From assembly GCA_046307935.1 (NCBI GenBank), contig JBKCAB010000043.1, forward strand, positions 1 to 27,357: a DNA stretch of 27,357 bases, read 5' to 3'. The stretch comes from Bacteroidota bacterium (lineage in GTDB: Bacteria > Bacteroidota > Bacteroidia > Flavobacteriales_D > Crocinitomicaceae). Below, in pieces: positions 1 to 10,100 of the stretch (positions are counted from its first letter, which is position 1; each line of letters starts with the position of its first letter). Under the pieces are notes generated by a model. That model did not search any database. It was not told the origin of the DNA and saw nothing but the letters and a program-made list of their open reading frames with translations. The position numbers and the translations under genes are program-made.

Positions 1-63
1 CCATACAGACATCAGAACCAGTGCCAAAAGCACCATGGAGCAACTTTTCCAGACTTTGATCAT
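1..63 (-). CDS. 5' end of a gene running off the left edge; probable secreted or membrane protein (partial)
   Basis: The reverse complement of 63..1 reads MIKVWKSCSMVLLALVLMSVW with no stop: a basic N-terminus plus a hydrophobic stretch, like a signal peptide. It has an A-rich upstream region and a -7 box at 145-152. It is too short for the ORF track. Confidence 0.5.
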   Translation of the reverse strand, partial: MIKVWKSCSMVLLALVLMSVW

Positions 64-144
64 CTTTTCATTTTTTAATTAAACCACTTGAACCGAAATG
101 CCGAACCATTCACATGAATGATGATCTGAATTCAGTTCAGGGCG

Positions 145-152
145 CAAATATA
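145..152 (-). promoter_or_regulatory. Bacteroidota sigma70 -7 element (TATATTTG) for the left-edge gene
   Basis: Exact match to TAnnTTTG on the minus strand in the divergent intergenic region 64-269. Confidence 0.5.
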
Positions 153-228
153 CTAGGTTTAAAGGAGATAGAGGCACAACCTGATTTCCATTCCTTGATT
201 TATTGTCATCCAGAAATAAAAATCTCAC

Positions 229-236
229 TACTTTTG
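229..236 (+). promoter_or_regulatory. -7 element (TACTTTTG) for the permease-serine hydrolase pair
   Basis: Exact TAnnTTTG match, 33 nt before the TTG start at 270. Confidence 0.5.
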
Positions 237-269
237 GGCCTGCGCTAACAATGCACTTAAAATTCTACT

Positions 270-1601
270 TTGGCACTTAAATACAACAGGCGTGTTGCGA
301 CGAACATGGTCGTTGCCAACATGATCGGCACAGGGATCTTCACTTCCATCTGCTTTCAAGTAATGGCACCGCCTTTCGGTATACCGGATGCATTCTCAAT
401 TTTATTCATCTGGTTCATCGGAGGAGTGCTGGCTATCTGCGGAGCTATGAGCTATGCCGAGGTTTCAACGACCATCCGGCAGTCTGGAGGGGAGTACACC
501 TTTCTCAGTAAGATCTACCATCCGATCGTTGGCTTTACAAGTGGCTGGGTATCGATGGTCGTCGGTTTTTCTGCGGCTGTAGCTGCATTGGCGATTGCCG
601 CTGCAGATTACCTGAATCCGCTCTTTCTCTATCTGTTCGACCTCGAAAGTACCGGAATTATCAAGCCAACGGCCATCGGGATGATCCTGCTGGTCACGGT
701 GATCCAACTTTCAGGAACGAAATACGGCGGAACTTTTCAAAATATCATTACGTATTTCAAGGTCGTGCTGATCGCCTTTTTCATTCTGATCCCTTTCCTG
801 TTCTCCGAGAGTTCTCAACTGAGTGGAGTCAGTTTTTCACCAACGGACAATAGCTGGAATACGATCTTCAGTCTTCCGTTCGCCGGTTGTCTGGTGTACG
901 TCATGTTCTCCTACAGCGGGTGGAATGCCTCATCTTACATCGTCGGTAATTTGCAGAACCCGAGGAAAGATCTTCCTTTTTCGCTGATCACAGGAACTTT
1001 CGTCGTGATGCTGATCTACGTTCTTTTGAACTTTGTTTTCCTCTACACCTGTTCGATGGAGGAGCTTGAAGGAAAAACAGGGATTGGAAATATTGTGATC
1101 GGAAAGATCCTTGGTAAACCATGGGAACAGATCTTCTCCGGACTCTTCGCCATTTCCTTCATGGCGGGAATAAATGCCATGTTCATTGCCGGTCCGCGCG
1201 TTACAGAACAGATCGGCAGGGACTACCGACTCTTTTCAGTGTTCAATAAACAGAACAAAAACGAAGTGCCCATCTATGCGATCCTGCTTCAGACAACCAT
1301 TTCCATTTCCATTGTTCTTTTGATGAACTTTCAAACCATTCTGCAATACATTGAATTAACGCTTTCATTGTTCTGCTTGCTCACGGTGATCGGAGTTTTT
1401 GTGCTGCGTGCTAAAAAAATGGAGACAGGAGAAACAGTTAAAACATGGGGATATCCTGTAACTCCGTTGCTATTCATACTTATAACAGTCTGGATGATGG
1501 CATTTTTTATAATCAATGAACCGATTCGATTATTATGGACATTCCTGACAATCCTTTCGGGCGTTGGTCTCTATTTTGCCGCAAAACGTTTTCAAAAATG
1601 A
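270..1601 (+). CDS. APC-superfamily amino acid permease (443 aa, TTG start)
   Basis: About 12 hydrophobic segments. TM1 motif VVANMIGTGIF, then GGEYTFL, and TM6 FSYSGWN, typical of LAT/APA-type APC transporters. Confidence 0.9.
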   Translation: MALKYNRRVATNMVVANMIGTGIFTSICFQVMAPPFGIPDAFSILFIWFIGGVLAICGAMSYAEVSTTIRQSGGEYTFLSKIYHPIVGFTSGWVSMVVGFSAAVAALAIAAADYLNPLFLYLFDLESTGIIKPTAIGMILLVTVIQLSGTKYGGTFQNIITYFKVVLIAFFILIPFLFSESSQLSGVSFSPTDNSWNTIFSLPFAGCLVYVMFSYSGWNASSYIVGNLQNPRKDLPFSLITGTFVVMLIYVLLNFVFLYTCSMEELEGKTGIGNIVIGKILGKPWEQIFSGLFAISFMAGINAMFIAGPRVTEQIGRDYRLFSVFNKQNKNEVPIYAILLQTTISISIVLLMNFQTILQYIELTLSLFCLLTVIGVFVLRAKKMETGETVKTWGYPVTPLLFILITVWMMAFFIINEPIRLLWTFLTILSGVGLYFAAKRFQK

Positions 1602-2857
1602 ATGGATGGAGCGTTGTTCTTTTAGTTCTCCTCTTTCCTTACAACGCTTACAACCAGTCTAATACCCGTGAGCTACTGGAGGCAGTAAAGGGGACGGATT
1701 CTCTTGTTGATGCTGTCCTTGCCAACTCAGATAAATTTCGACTACAGTTTATCATCACCACAATAAACCGGAGCGAAGGTGCTAAAACAACATGGAAGGA
1801 CTACCCGATGATCACGGGACAATACTTCTTCCCTGCCAGTGTAGTTAAACTCCCAACAGCGATCATTACCGGAGAACAACTGGATTCTTTGAACGTGGGA
1901 TTGAACTCGCGGATCGTTATGAACCAGGATGTTACCTGCGGTTCCTCCCGCTTCGTGAAGCGATCCGTCGACAATGACCTCAGGTTCGCGAATGTCCTGG
2001 AGGAGATGCTCACGATCAGCGACAATGACCATTTTTCTCTGCTCTTTCATTTTTTAGGTCCGCGGGCGCTGAACAATGGTTTGATGCAAAGGAAAATCCT
2101 GAACACAAAAATCTACTCGTCTTATTCCGGGTGTGAAAAGCGGGCAGCGATAACCACTAACTCTTTCACCATTTATGATGAAGCGGGGCAAAAACAGTAT
2201 TTCAGACCAATGCAATCACTCGAGCTAAATTACTTCGAAGACAGGTTGAAATACTCCAAACAGAAACTGATCGGCACCTCTTACTATTCCGGAAAAAAGC
2301 TCATCAAGGAGCCCTTCGATTTCAACTTTTACCATGACTATCCGCTCACCGATATTCACAACACGTTAAAACGGCTAATATTCCCACAGCTTTTTGAGCA
2401 AGGCCAAGCATTTGACCTGTCGGAAAACACCCGGGATCACTTGCTGCGGTCAATGGGGAAATTTCCATGTGAAATGGTCAATCCTATCTATCAGGACCGA
2501 ACCAAATACCCTGACAATTACCACAAATATTCCATCTTCGGTGAGGACAGTCTTGGTGTCAAAAGGGAGCGCTTCCGAACCATCAGTAAAATCGGGATCT
2601 CCTACGGTTTTATTACAGAAACAGCGTACATAATCGACTTTGAACAACAAAAAGATCTCCTATTCACTGTCAGTATGTACGTCAATACAGATGGTGTCCT
2701 GAATGATGCCCGATATGACTATGAGAATATCGCCCGGCCATTCTTAGCCCGTTTCACACAGCTCATTTGTGATCATTTGTTCGTACAACCGGAAATCAGC
2801 AACATGTCGGACGCTGAGATCAATAAATATTTAAAGCTTTTCGGCATGGACCATTGA
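1598..2857 (+). CDS. Serine hydrolase of the class A beta-lactamase / penicillin-binding fold
   Basis: SxxK (FPASVVKLP), SDN (TISDND) and a KTG-equivalent (KIG). The start is moved from 1535 to ATG 1598, which overlaps the permease stop (ATGA) and gives a hydrophobic N-terminus, MNGWSVVLLVLLFP. Confidence 0.8.
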   Translation: MNGWSVVLLVLLFPYNAYNQSNTRELLEAVKGTDSLVDAVLANSDKFRLQFIITTINRSEGAKTTWKDYPMITGQYFFPASVVKLPTAIITGEQLDSLNVGLNSRIVMNQDVTCGSSRFVKRSVDNDLRFANVLEEMLTISDNDHFSLLFHFLGPRALNNGLMQRKILNTKIYSSYSGCEKRAAITTNSFTIYDEAGQKQYFRPMQSLELNYFEDRLKYSKQKLIGTSYYSGKKLIKEPFDFNFYHDYPLTDIHNTLKRLIFPQLFEQGQAFDLSENTRDHLLRSMGKFPCEMVNPIYQDRTKYPDNYHKYSIFGEDSLGVKRERFRTISKIGISYGFITETAYIIDFEQQKDLLFTVSMYVNTDGVLNDARYDYENIARPFLARFTQLICDHLFVQPEISNMSDAEINKYLKLFGMDH

Positions 2858-3031
2858 CTCCCCTTGTTGTTCAATGCGGAATTGATCAGGATAGAGGAGA
2901 CCAGACGCAAAAGGCAGTGTGCCTGAGAATGAAAAAAAGATGCAATCGCTTCTTTTATTTCTTTCGTTAACCCGACTTTTAGTACTTTACTACCCTGTAT
3001 TGGTACGAACAACGCATCAAATTAATCGAAA

Positions 3032-3862
3032 ATGGAAAGTACATTTGAAATACTCACTTCTGACGGAATTGATATAAAAGGATACCACGAAAGTCCTGAA
3101 TCTCCCCGGGCGCTTCTGCTGCTGATCCACGGAATGGGAGAACATGCCGGTCGATACTCCCATGTTTCAGAGTTCTTTGTGCAAGCCGGTTTTGCCGTTG
3201 TGAGAGTTGACTTGCGCGGACATGGTTTATCCGCAGGAAAGCGGGGACACACTCCCTCCTATGAACTGCTGATGGATGACCTTGTAATCGCCTGTGCTAA
3301 AGCGCGCGAATATTTCCCGGAGATTCCATTTGTCTTATACGGTCATAGCATGGGCGGAAATCTTGTACTCAACTACCTCATCAGAAAAACACCTTCGCTG
3401 GACGCTGCGGTCGTAACTTCCCCCTATCTCAGGCTGGCATTCGCTCCTCCAGGATGGAAAGTTGCACTCGGCAAGCTATCGGCAGGATTAATTCCGGGAC
3501 TCACGCAGCCCACCGGCCTGGATGTAAGTGCTATTTCACGTGATCCAAAAATAATTGAAGCATATATAAAGGATCCATTGGTACACGACAAGATCACCGC
3601 ATCCTTTTTCATTCATGTGCACGCTTCAGGTCCTTATGCCATTCTGCATGCTGACCAGTTGAAGGTGCCTACTCTGCTCATGCACGGTACATCTGACCGA
3701 ATTACCGATCACACTGCTTCCGAGGAATTATTTCAAAACGCAAAGGGAAATGTTGATCTTAAGATGTGGGATGGATATTACCACGAGCTGCACAATGAAC
3801 CAGAACGGGAGGAAGTACTTAACCATACCTTGAGCTGGCTGAATCACGCGCTCTTACACTGA
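3032..3862 (+). CDS. Alpha/beta hydrolase, lysophospholipase / monoacylglycerol lipase family
   Basis: HGMGEH oxyanion motif, DLRGHG, nucleophile elbow GHSMGG, acid in GTSD, His in YHELHNE. Confidence 0.9.
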   Translation: MESTFEILTSDGIDIKGYHESPESPRALLLLIHGMGEHAGRYSHVSEFFVQAGFAVVRVDLRGHGLSAGKRGHTPSYELLMDDLVIACAKAREYFPEIPFVLYGHSMGGNLVLNYLIRKTPSLDAAVVTSPYLRLAFAPPGWKVALGKLSAGLIPGLTQPTGLDVSAISRDPKIIEAYIKDPLVHDKITASFFIHVHASGPYAILHADQLKVPTLLMHGTSDRITDHTASEELFQNAKGNVDLKMWDGYYHELHNEPEREEVLNHTLSWLNHALLH

Positions 3863-6800
3863 TCAGATCCGAACGCCGAAAACACAGACGTCATCGATCT
3901 GCTCGTATCCTTCCAGCCAAGTTTCAAACTCACGGATCAGCTCTTTTCCAATCGTTTCTGTGTGTGCAGTGCTCAATCCTGTCAGCAGTAGCTTAAACCG
4001 CGTGTATTTGTATTTTTTACCGAGATCCCCACCAAACTGATCGGCAAAACCATCACTAAAGAGAACGATCAGGTCTCCTGCCTTTAACTGCAACTCATGA
4101 TTGGTGAATGGCACCCTGTCCTCGAAGAGACCAACGGGCTGTTTGTTGCCTTTAAGCTCCATCAGTTCCTCATCGGAGATCACGTACAAAGGATTGTTGG
4201 CACCAGAAAACTCCAACTTACCTGTGCTAAGGTGAAGACAGCACAGGGCAATGTCCATACCGTCCCGAACATCCCCATATCCCTGCTGTCGGAATGCTTC
4301 CTCAACAAGCTCACTCAATTTATCGAGGATCTCTGCCGGGTGTTTGAGGTCATATTCTTTAAGCGCCCTATTCAGTCCATTGTAACCGACGATACTGACA
4401 AAAGCACCTGGCACTCCATGGCCTGTGCAATCAACAACGGCGAAGTAGACCCTGTCAGCAACCCTCCGAACGAAGTAAAAATCCCCTGAGACAATATCTT
4501 TTGGCCGGTAAAAGACAAAGGTGTTCTTCAGGCAATCGGCGACGTAATCTTCTGTTGGCAGAATGGCATCCTGCAAGCGCTTCGCATACCGAATACTGTC
4601 CATGATATCCTGGTTCTTTTGCTCAACAAGCTCTTTTTGTTTTTCGATCTCCGTCTTTTGGGTCATTACCTCAGCTGTTCGCTCTCTGACAACCTCCTCC
4701 AGGTGTTCTTTTTGCTTCCGAATTCTGCGGCTGCTCAGGCGAATTGACAAATAAATCACCAATACAAACAACACAAGATAAAGAAAATAAGCCCAAACGG
4801 TCCTGTACCATGGTGACAAGATCTTGAATCGATACGTGCCAATTTGAGATTCAACACCAAACATGTTCTTGGCTTTGACCATAAATACATATTCACCATC
4901 ATGCAGGTTGGTGTATGATTTTTCTGTATTCGCACTCCAGGCGGACCAATCGTCATCCTGCCCTACCAGCTTGTAGCTGTACTGAATGGTCCTTTCATCC
5001 AGGAAGCTGACTGCCGAGAAGCGAAAACTGATGCTTTTGGAAGAGTAGGGTATAGCATAAACGTGATCTTTCGATTGTACTGATCCAACGAGACCCTTTG
5101 GATTTGTAAAACTTCCTGAGAACAAGACGGAATCGCCCACAGAAAAAGCACGAATCAGGCAGTTGTATGCGATGTTGTAGTTCTTATTGATCGAGGGATT
5201 GTAAAGCATCAGCCCACTGGGGCCTCCCAACCAGGTCATTCCGTTATCGTCGTGAAAGAGACCGTGCACAATATCTACAGAATAGCGCTGAAAATCCCGT
5301 GACTCCCATTTTCTGTCGGGATCATTTCCGAAATATCCGATCTCGAACTTGTTGTTTTCCAAAACCAATACAGCCCACACCTTTCCGCTAACATCCTTCA
5401 TTACCCGGTGCACTCCACATTTACGGGGCAGCTTGTAATCTGAATCGGCAACTAAACGGTCTCCGGAAATTTTAAATAAGCCTTTATCATTGCCGACATA
5501 AGGTGTTCCATCCATGATTGTTACGTAGCTGGGGCCATCATCTTTGGAACCGATCACTTTCCGGATCATTTTTCCATTGGCATCGAACTTACTCACGTGC
5601 GAGCGGATCACTCCATTACTGATCGTTCCTAACCACAGCGTGCCATCCGGCTCAACTGAAATGTTAAAGATATCCTCTGAAAAGCCTTGTACATAACCCT
5701 CATCTTTGAAGCCGGAACCTGTCCATCGGATCTTACTCAGGCCATCGTAATTGGCCACATAAACAAGCGCCGGATCCATTGGAGACTGAATAAAGTTGTA
5801 TGGGCCACTTTTGGCGACAAAGGATAATAGTCCACCGTTCTCACGCAACATCCAGACACCGTTATTGGCAGCAACAAGGAGGACGGTATCATTGCCAAAC
5901 ACCATTTCCTTCACTCCGTAACAGTCGATGGTAAGCCCGGGTACTTTTGCAATACGCTCACTGGTCTTGTCAAAGCTTTCATTCAAATAATACAAGCCGC
6001 TCAAGGTGGCGAAATACGTTCTTCCACGAAAATTGCAGATGCTTTCTACACCGCTGTTCATGCCAAATTCCACTCCGAAACGGCTAACGGGCGAGATGAC
6101 CTCCACCTTTGAGATCCCTTTATTCGTTCCTATCCAGAGGTTTCCTTCGCGATCAAGAAACTGGCATTTTACATTTCCGTCGATCAATCCACTGCTCTGA
6201 TCAATTCGGTAGGTCAATCTGAAGCTTCTGTCAAAAATGAGCAGCCCGTCTGAAAAGGTGCCCAGCGAATAATACTGATCGTAGACATTCAATGCATTGT
6301 ATGCCGGTAATGTAAATGATAAACTCACTTTCTTAGGTGAAGCATGATCCGTATAATCGTCAATATGCCCCTCTGAAGTTTGAATGTATGTTCTGCCTGC
6401 ATAATTCAGCATAGCATAGATCTTTTTACTTTCGATGTAACCCTGTCCTCCCACCGCCGGAACGAACTTGCCGTCTTCTAAAACATAAAGTCCTGTTTGC
6501 TCCTTTGCGGCATATACTCTCCCATTTGCACAGAAAACACCGTAGTAAGGATCCTTTTCAGGAGATCTCCAAATCTGGAAATTGCCATTAGAATAGCCAA
6601 AAACAGCGTTGCCATAGTGAAACAGAACCATCCCGTCACTGAAAGAGACAGACCTTGGATTTTTCAGATCTTGGCCCCCGAGCATTCGAGCGAGAGAAAA
6701 GAAGCACAACTTACCGCTTCTGTTTGCTTTTAAGTAACCCAGATCTCCTTTTGCGGCTACGAAAACAGTACCATTCCTATCTGCTACCAGTCCGCTTACC

Positions 6801-7084
6801 TCTCTGCTATCTTTGTTGTCTTCATTCGGAACGATAATGGTTCGCCAGCTCGTGCCGTCGTATTCGAGTACACCCGACTTATTTCCAAAATACAAGAGTC
6901 CGCGACCATCCTGAGTTATGGAAAAGACCTGCGCATGACCATTGTATTCCGAGGTAGCGTAGTTCCTGAGGTAGAGTGCTCCTTGCAAAAGAGTGCGTTG
7001 CGCATGCCCGGGAAAGGAAAGCAACAACGCGATCAAAACGATCAGGCTGACATTGGTGAAGACCGATCTACTTAACAAGGACAT
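3863..7084 (-). CDS. Membrane sensor phosphatase: signal peptide, beta-propeller repeats, Y_Y_Y domain, one TM helix, coiled coil, SpoIIE/PP2C domain
   Basis: Propeller repeats (QDGRGLLYFG, DREGNLWIGT, EPDGTLWLGT). Y_Y_Y signature YSYKLVG..W..W..YTNL..GEYVFMV. TM segment WAYFLYLVLFVLVIYL. PP2C motifs SGDFY, VDCTGHGVPG, LFSDG and the terminal DD. Confidence 0.88.
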   Translation of the reverse strand: MSLLSRSVFTNVSLIVLIALLLSFPGHAQRTLLQGALYLRNYATSEYNGHAQVFSITQDGRGLLYFGNKSGVLEYDGTSWRTIIVPNEDNKDSREVSGLVADRNGTVFVAAKGDLGYLKANRSGKLCFFSLARMLGGQDLKNPRSVSFSDGMVLFHYGNAVFGYSNGNFQIWRSPEKDPYYGVFCANGRVYAAKEQTGLYVLEDGKFVPAVGGQGYIESKKIYAMLNYAGRTYIQTSEGHIDDYTDHASPKKVSLSFTLPAYNALNVYDQYYSLGTFSDGLLIFDRSFRLTYRIDQSSGLIDGNVKCQFLDREGNLWIGTNKGISKVEVISPVSRFGVEFGMNSGVESICNFRGRTYFATLSGLYYLNESFDKTSERIAKVPGLTIDCYGVKEMVFGNDTVLLVAANNGVWMLRENGGLLSFVAKSGPYNFIQSPMDPALVYVANYDGLSKIRWTGSGFKDEGYVQGFSEDIFNISVEPDGTLWLGTISNGVIRSHVSKFDANGKMIRKVIGSKDDGPSYVTIMDGTPYVGNDKGLFKISGDRLVADSDYKLPRKCGVHRVMKDVSGKVWAVLVLENNKFEIGYFGNDPDRKWESRDFQRYSVDIVHGLFHDDNGMTWLGGPSGLMLYNPSINKNYNIAYNCLIRAFSVGDSVLFSGSFTNPKGLVGSVQSKDHVYAIPYSSKSISFRFSAVSFLDERTIQYSYKLVGQDDDWSAWSANTEKSYTNLHDGEYVFMVKAKNMFGVESQIGTYRFKILSPWYRTVWAYFLYLVLFVLVIYLSIRLSSRRIRKQKEHLEEVVRERTAEVMTQKTEIEKQKELVEQKNQDIMDSIRYAKRLQDAILPTEDYVADCLKNTFVFYRPKDIVSGDFYFVRRVADRVYFAVVDCTGHGVPGAFVSIVGYNGLNRALKEYDLKHPAEILDKLSELVEEAFRQQGYGDVRDGMDIALCCLHLSTGKLEFSGANNPLYVISDEELMELKGNKQPVGLFEDRVPFTNHELQLKAGDLIVLFSDGFADQFGGDLGKKYKYTRFKLLLTGLSTAHTETIGKELIREFETWLEGYEQIDDVCVFGVRI

Positions 7085-7094
7085 GAATCAAAAA

Positions 7095-7122
7095 TAAAAA
7101 AAGCCCTGCAAAAGCAAGGCTT
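7095..7122 (-). terminator. Intrinsic terminator after the T9SS type A gene
   Basis: The minus strand reads AAGCCUUGC-UUUU-GCAGGGCUU followed by UUUUUAUUUUU: a 9-bp stem with one G-U pair, 5 nt after the stop. Confidence 0.75.
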
Positions 7123-7127
7123 CAAAT

Positions 7128-10100
7128 TTAGTGTCGGATAATTATTCGCCTGTGGAAACTGTTCTCTCCAAACGTTATTTGCAATGTGTATACACCCGCA
7201 GCTGCCATTTTGGAGTCAATGGTATGCTGATCCCCGTCGGACAGCTTGTACAATGTTTCGCTTGAAATCTCTCTGCCCTGAGCATCGATCAAACGATAAT
7301 TCAGTACCGGGACATTGCCCATGTTGAAGCTCAGGTAGATGATTCCGTCTGATGGATTTGGATACACAATCAGCGCATCATCAGGATGAAGTTCAGTAAT
7401 ACCGGTATCATCCAACGGCCCGGCTACGGCTTCAGTCCGGTTGGAACGTGTCGTATTATTGTTTTCTGCTCTCGTTGAAACACACGCCTCTTCCAACGTG
7501 ATGTCAATGAAATAATAAAGGGATGTTGCTGTTGCCATTGGGGCGTTGAGGTCAGTATACGAATTCACATTACTCGGCAACGTAGCTATGATTTGCCATC
7601 CATCTGCATCATCATACCTCCAGACATTATAGCTGGTGTAACTGAAGCCCTCGTAGTTGTCCCAGATCAGATTCACTTCATCATTCAGTCCGATATTCTG
7701 TGTAAGGTGGATGGTCTTGTGGTGGCTGGATAAATACGATTCCGTGCCACAGCTGTCGACTGCAGCGATTTTATACCGATAAGCCTGCACCGCGGGATTA
7801 GAAATGGTGTCTATCCAAGTACTCAATGAATCATAGGGTACGCTCCCCACCAGGTAATATAGCCCGGCCGCACTACTTTCCTTGTAAACATTGTAGTAGG
7901 CTACCCCTGTTTCCGCGAGTTTTTCCCAAGCAACCTTGTTGTGCTGTCCGGGACCAACTGTGACAACACAAATTGGATTGACCGAGGGGATCTCATATTC
8001 TATTGCATAGATCGCATTTGATTCACAGCCATTCGCTCCGGAAACCGTGAGGGAATACTCTCCTGGTGCCAGACCGGATATGCCATTTCCAGTGGCTCCA
8101 TTGGACCACAGGTAGCTGTATGGAGCTGTTCCGCCGATCGCCGAAACATAGATCCCGCTTCCACCCAAACCACAACCCACATCGAGGAGAGAATCCAAAA
8201 TAATTCCTGGAGCATTTGTTTCACTGATAGCTACACTTCCTTCAGTAACACAGCCCTCGTTGTCAATAACCGCAACTGAGTGTATGCCTGCAGGTAGCCC
8301 ATTTGCTAAGGGTCCTGAGTCGCCATTGGACCAAACATAAATGTACGGCCCGGTAGTGCCTGTTACCACCGCTGCTGCTGCTGCATTTGCCCATCCGCAG
8401 GTTGCCTGCGTTGAAGTGAACTCCAGCTCAACCTGGCCGGGCTGCTCAACAGTTACACTAGCCACAGAGATGCATCCCTGACCGTTGGTGACAACCACTT
8501 CATAAGGCCCTGCAACCAACCCGCTGACATCCTGACTTGTAGCCCCGTTAGACCATTGATAGGTTACACCCTCCGTATTTCCAATTGGTGTAATGTCGAT
8601 GGCTCCGTTATCCTCACCATAACAGCTGACATCCACTACATTGGAGACCGCAATCGTTGGCGCTTCTGCATCTGAAACGGTGGCCAGAGCAAAGTCGACA
8701 CAACCCTCGCTGTCGGTCACGTTCACAATGTATGTCCCGGCGCTAAGGTTCGCATTGATATTAGATGTAACCGCATTCGACCAGACATAGGTAAAAGGTG
8801 CGTTCGGACCTACGACGTATGCAACAGCCGTTCCATTGGATTCTAAGCAGTTTGAATTGCTTGAATTGGTGATGATCTGCATTTCGGAATCAGGAATATC
8901 GATCATTTGAGTAATGATCACTGTATCTCCACAATTGTTCCTGGCAACCATTGTGACCGTGTAAGTTCCCGGCTCCGCATACGCATGCGTGACGGGTTCC
9001 AGGGCCTGGCTCGATAATTCAACGCCTGAATTATCACCGAAATTCCAGAAGAACTCATTTCCTCCAAATCCACGGAAAACAAGTGGTTCATTCAAGCAGA
9101 AATAATTATCCTCCTCCACAAAGAATCCGGCTTCTTCGATCTCACTACCCGGTGCTATCGTCAGCACGATGTCCTCGGTAGCCGTAAGTCCACAACCATT
9201 GGTCAGGGATACCTGCACATTATACACACCCGGCACTGTATATAAGTAATACCCTTGGTGAAAAACCATTTCAGACTCTTCCGCACTTAGAGCCAATGAG
9301 TCGGTTATCGTAACCAGATCATTGTTGCCCATGTTCCATACCACAGTATTTGAAGCGCTGTACGGATAAGTTAGCAACATGATATTGTCTCCGGGACAGA
9401 ATTCATCCTGAATAGTCGTGGCCAAGAAATTCCCCGGAGGGACATTGGAGCCTGCACTTATGCTCGTGTACAAGGTCGTATCATTACCGCATGAATTTTC
9501 GATCGTGCACGATACTGTGTAAGTACCGGAAGCAGCATATGCATGATAACCCGATATCGCGTCACTGGTGTTGCCATCTCCGAAATCCCAGGTGAAACTA
9601 CCACCCTGTTGTGACAGTAACCATGCCCCGGAAATATCATAAATGAATGCATCTCCAACACAGATCTCCTCAGGCAGCTGGCTGAATTCTACGTTGGGAT
9701 CAACAGGTATATTGTTCGTTATGTTCACAGCCAAATATACCGTCGTGTCATTCCCGCATCCATCCATGAGTGTAAGCCCTACATTATACTGTCCGGGATT
9801 GTTGAAAGCATGGTAAGGCTCCATGATGTTGCTGGTTCCACCATCACCAAAATTCCAAAGGTAAGTAGTAGCAGGAGGACCATAAAAACGGATCTGAGCG
9901 CCCGGACAAAATGTTGCATTGCTGTTGCCGTCCACGCTTATGCTTGCAGAACCGGTAAAATAGTTGACATCAGAAACGACTACCGGAATATCCTCATAGG
10001 TAGCAGTATTGCCACAGCCATTCTGAACCGTAACTGTAGGGTAATACGTACCGTAATTTGAGTAAACATGATTGCCTGCTGTTCCCGTTGTACCATCACC

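Noticed and set aside
1535-1597. ORF-track starts at 1535, 14580, 18706 and 24233
   Set aside because: Downstream ATGs (1598, 14547, 18730, 24167) give ATGA coupling or a proper signal peptide and avoid long overlaps.
1598-2857. Antibiotic-resistance beta-lactamase call
   Set aside because: The fold motifs are present, but no omega-loop ExxLN was found and KTG is altered, so resistance cannot be supported from sequence.
2932-2962. Possible terminator after the serine hydrolase
   Set aside because: The stem is mostly A-U with an internal mismatch and only four G-C pairs, too weak to call.
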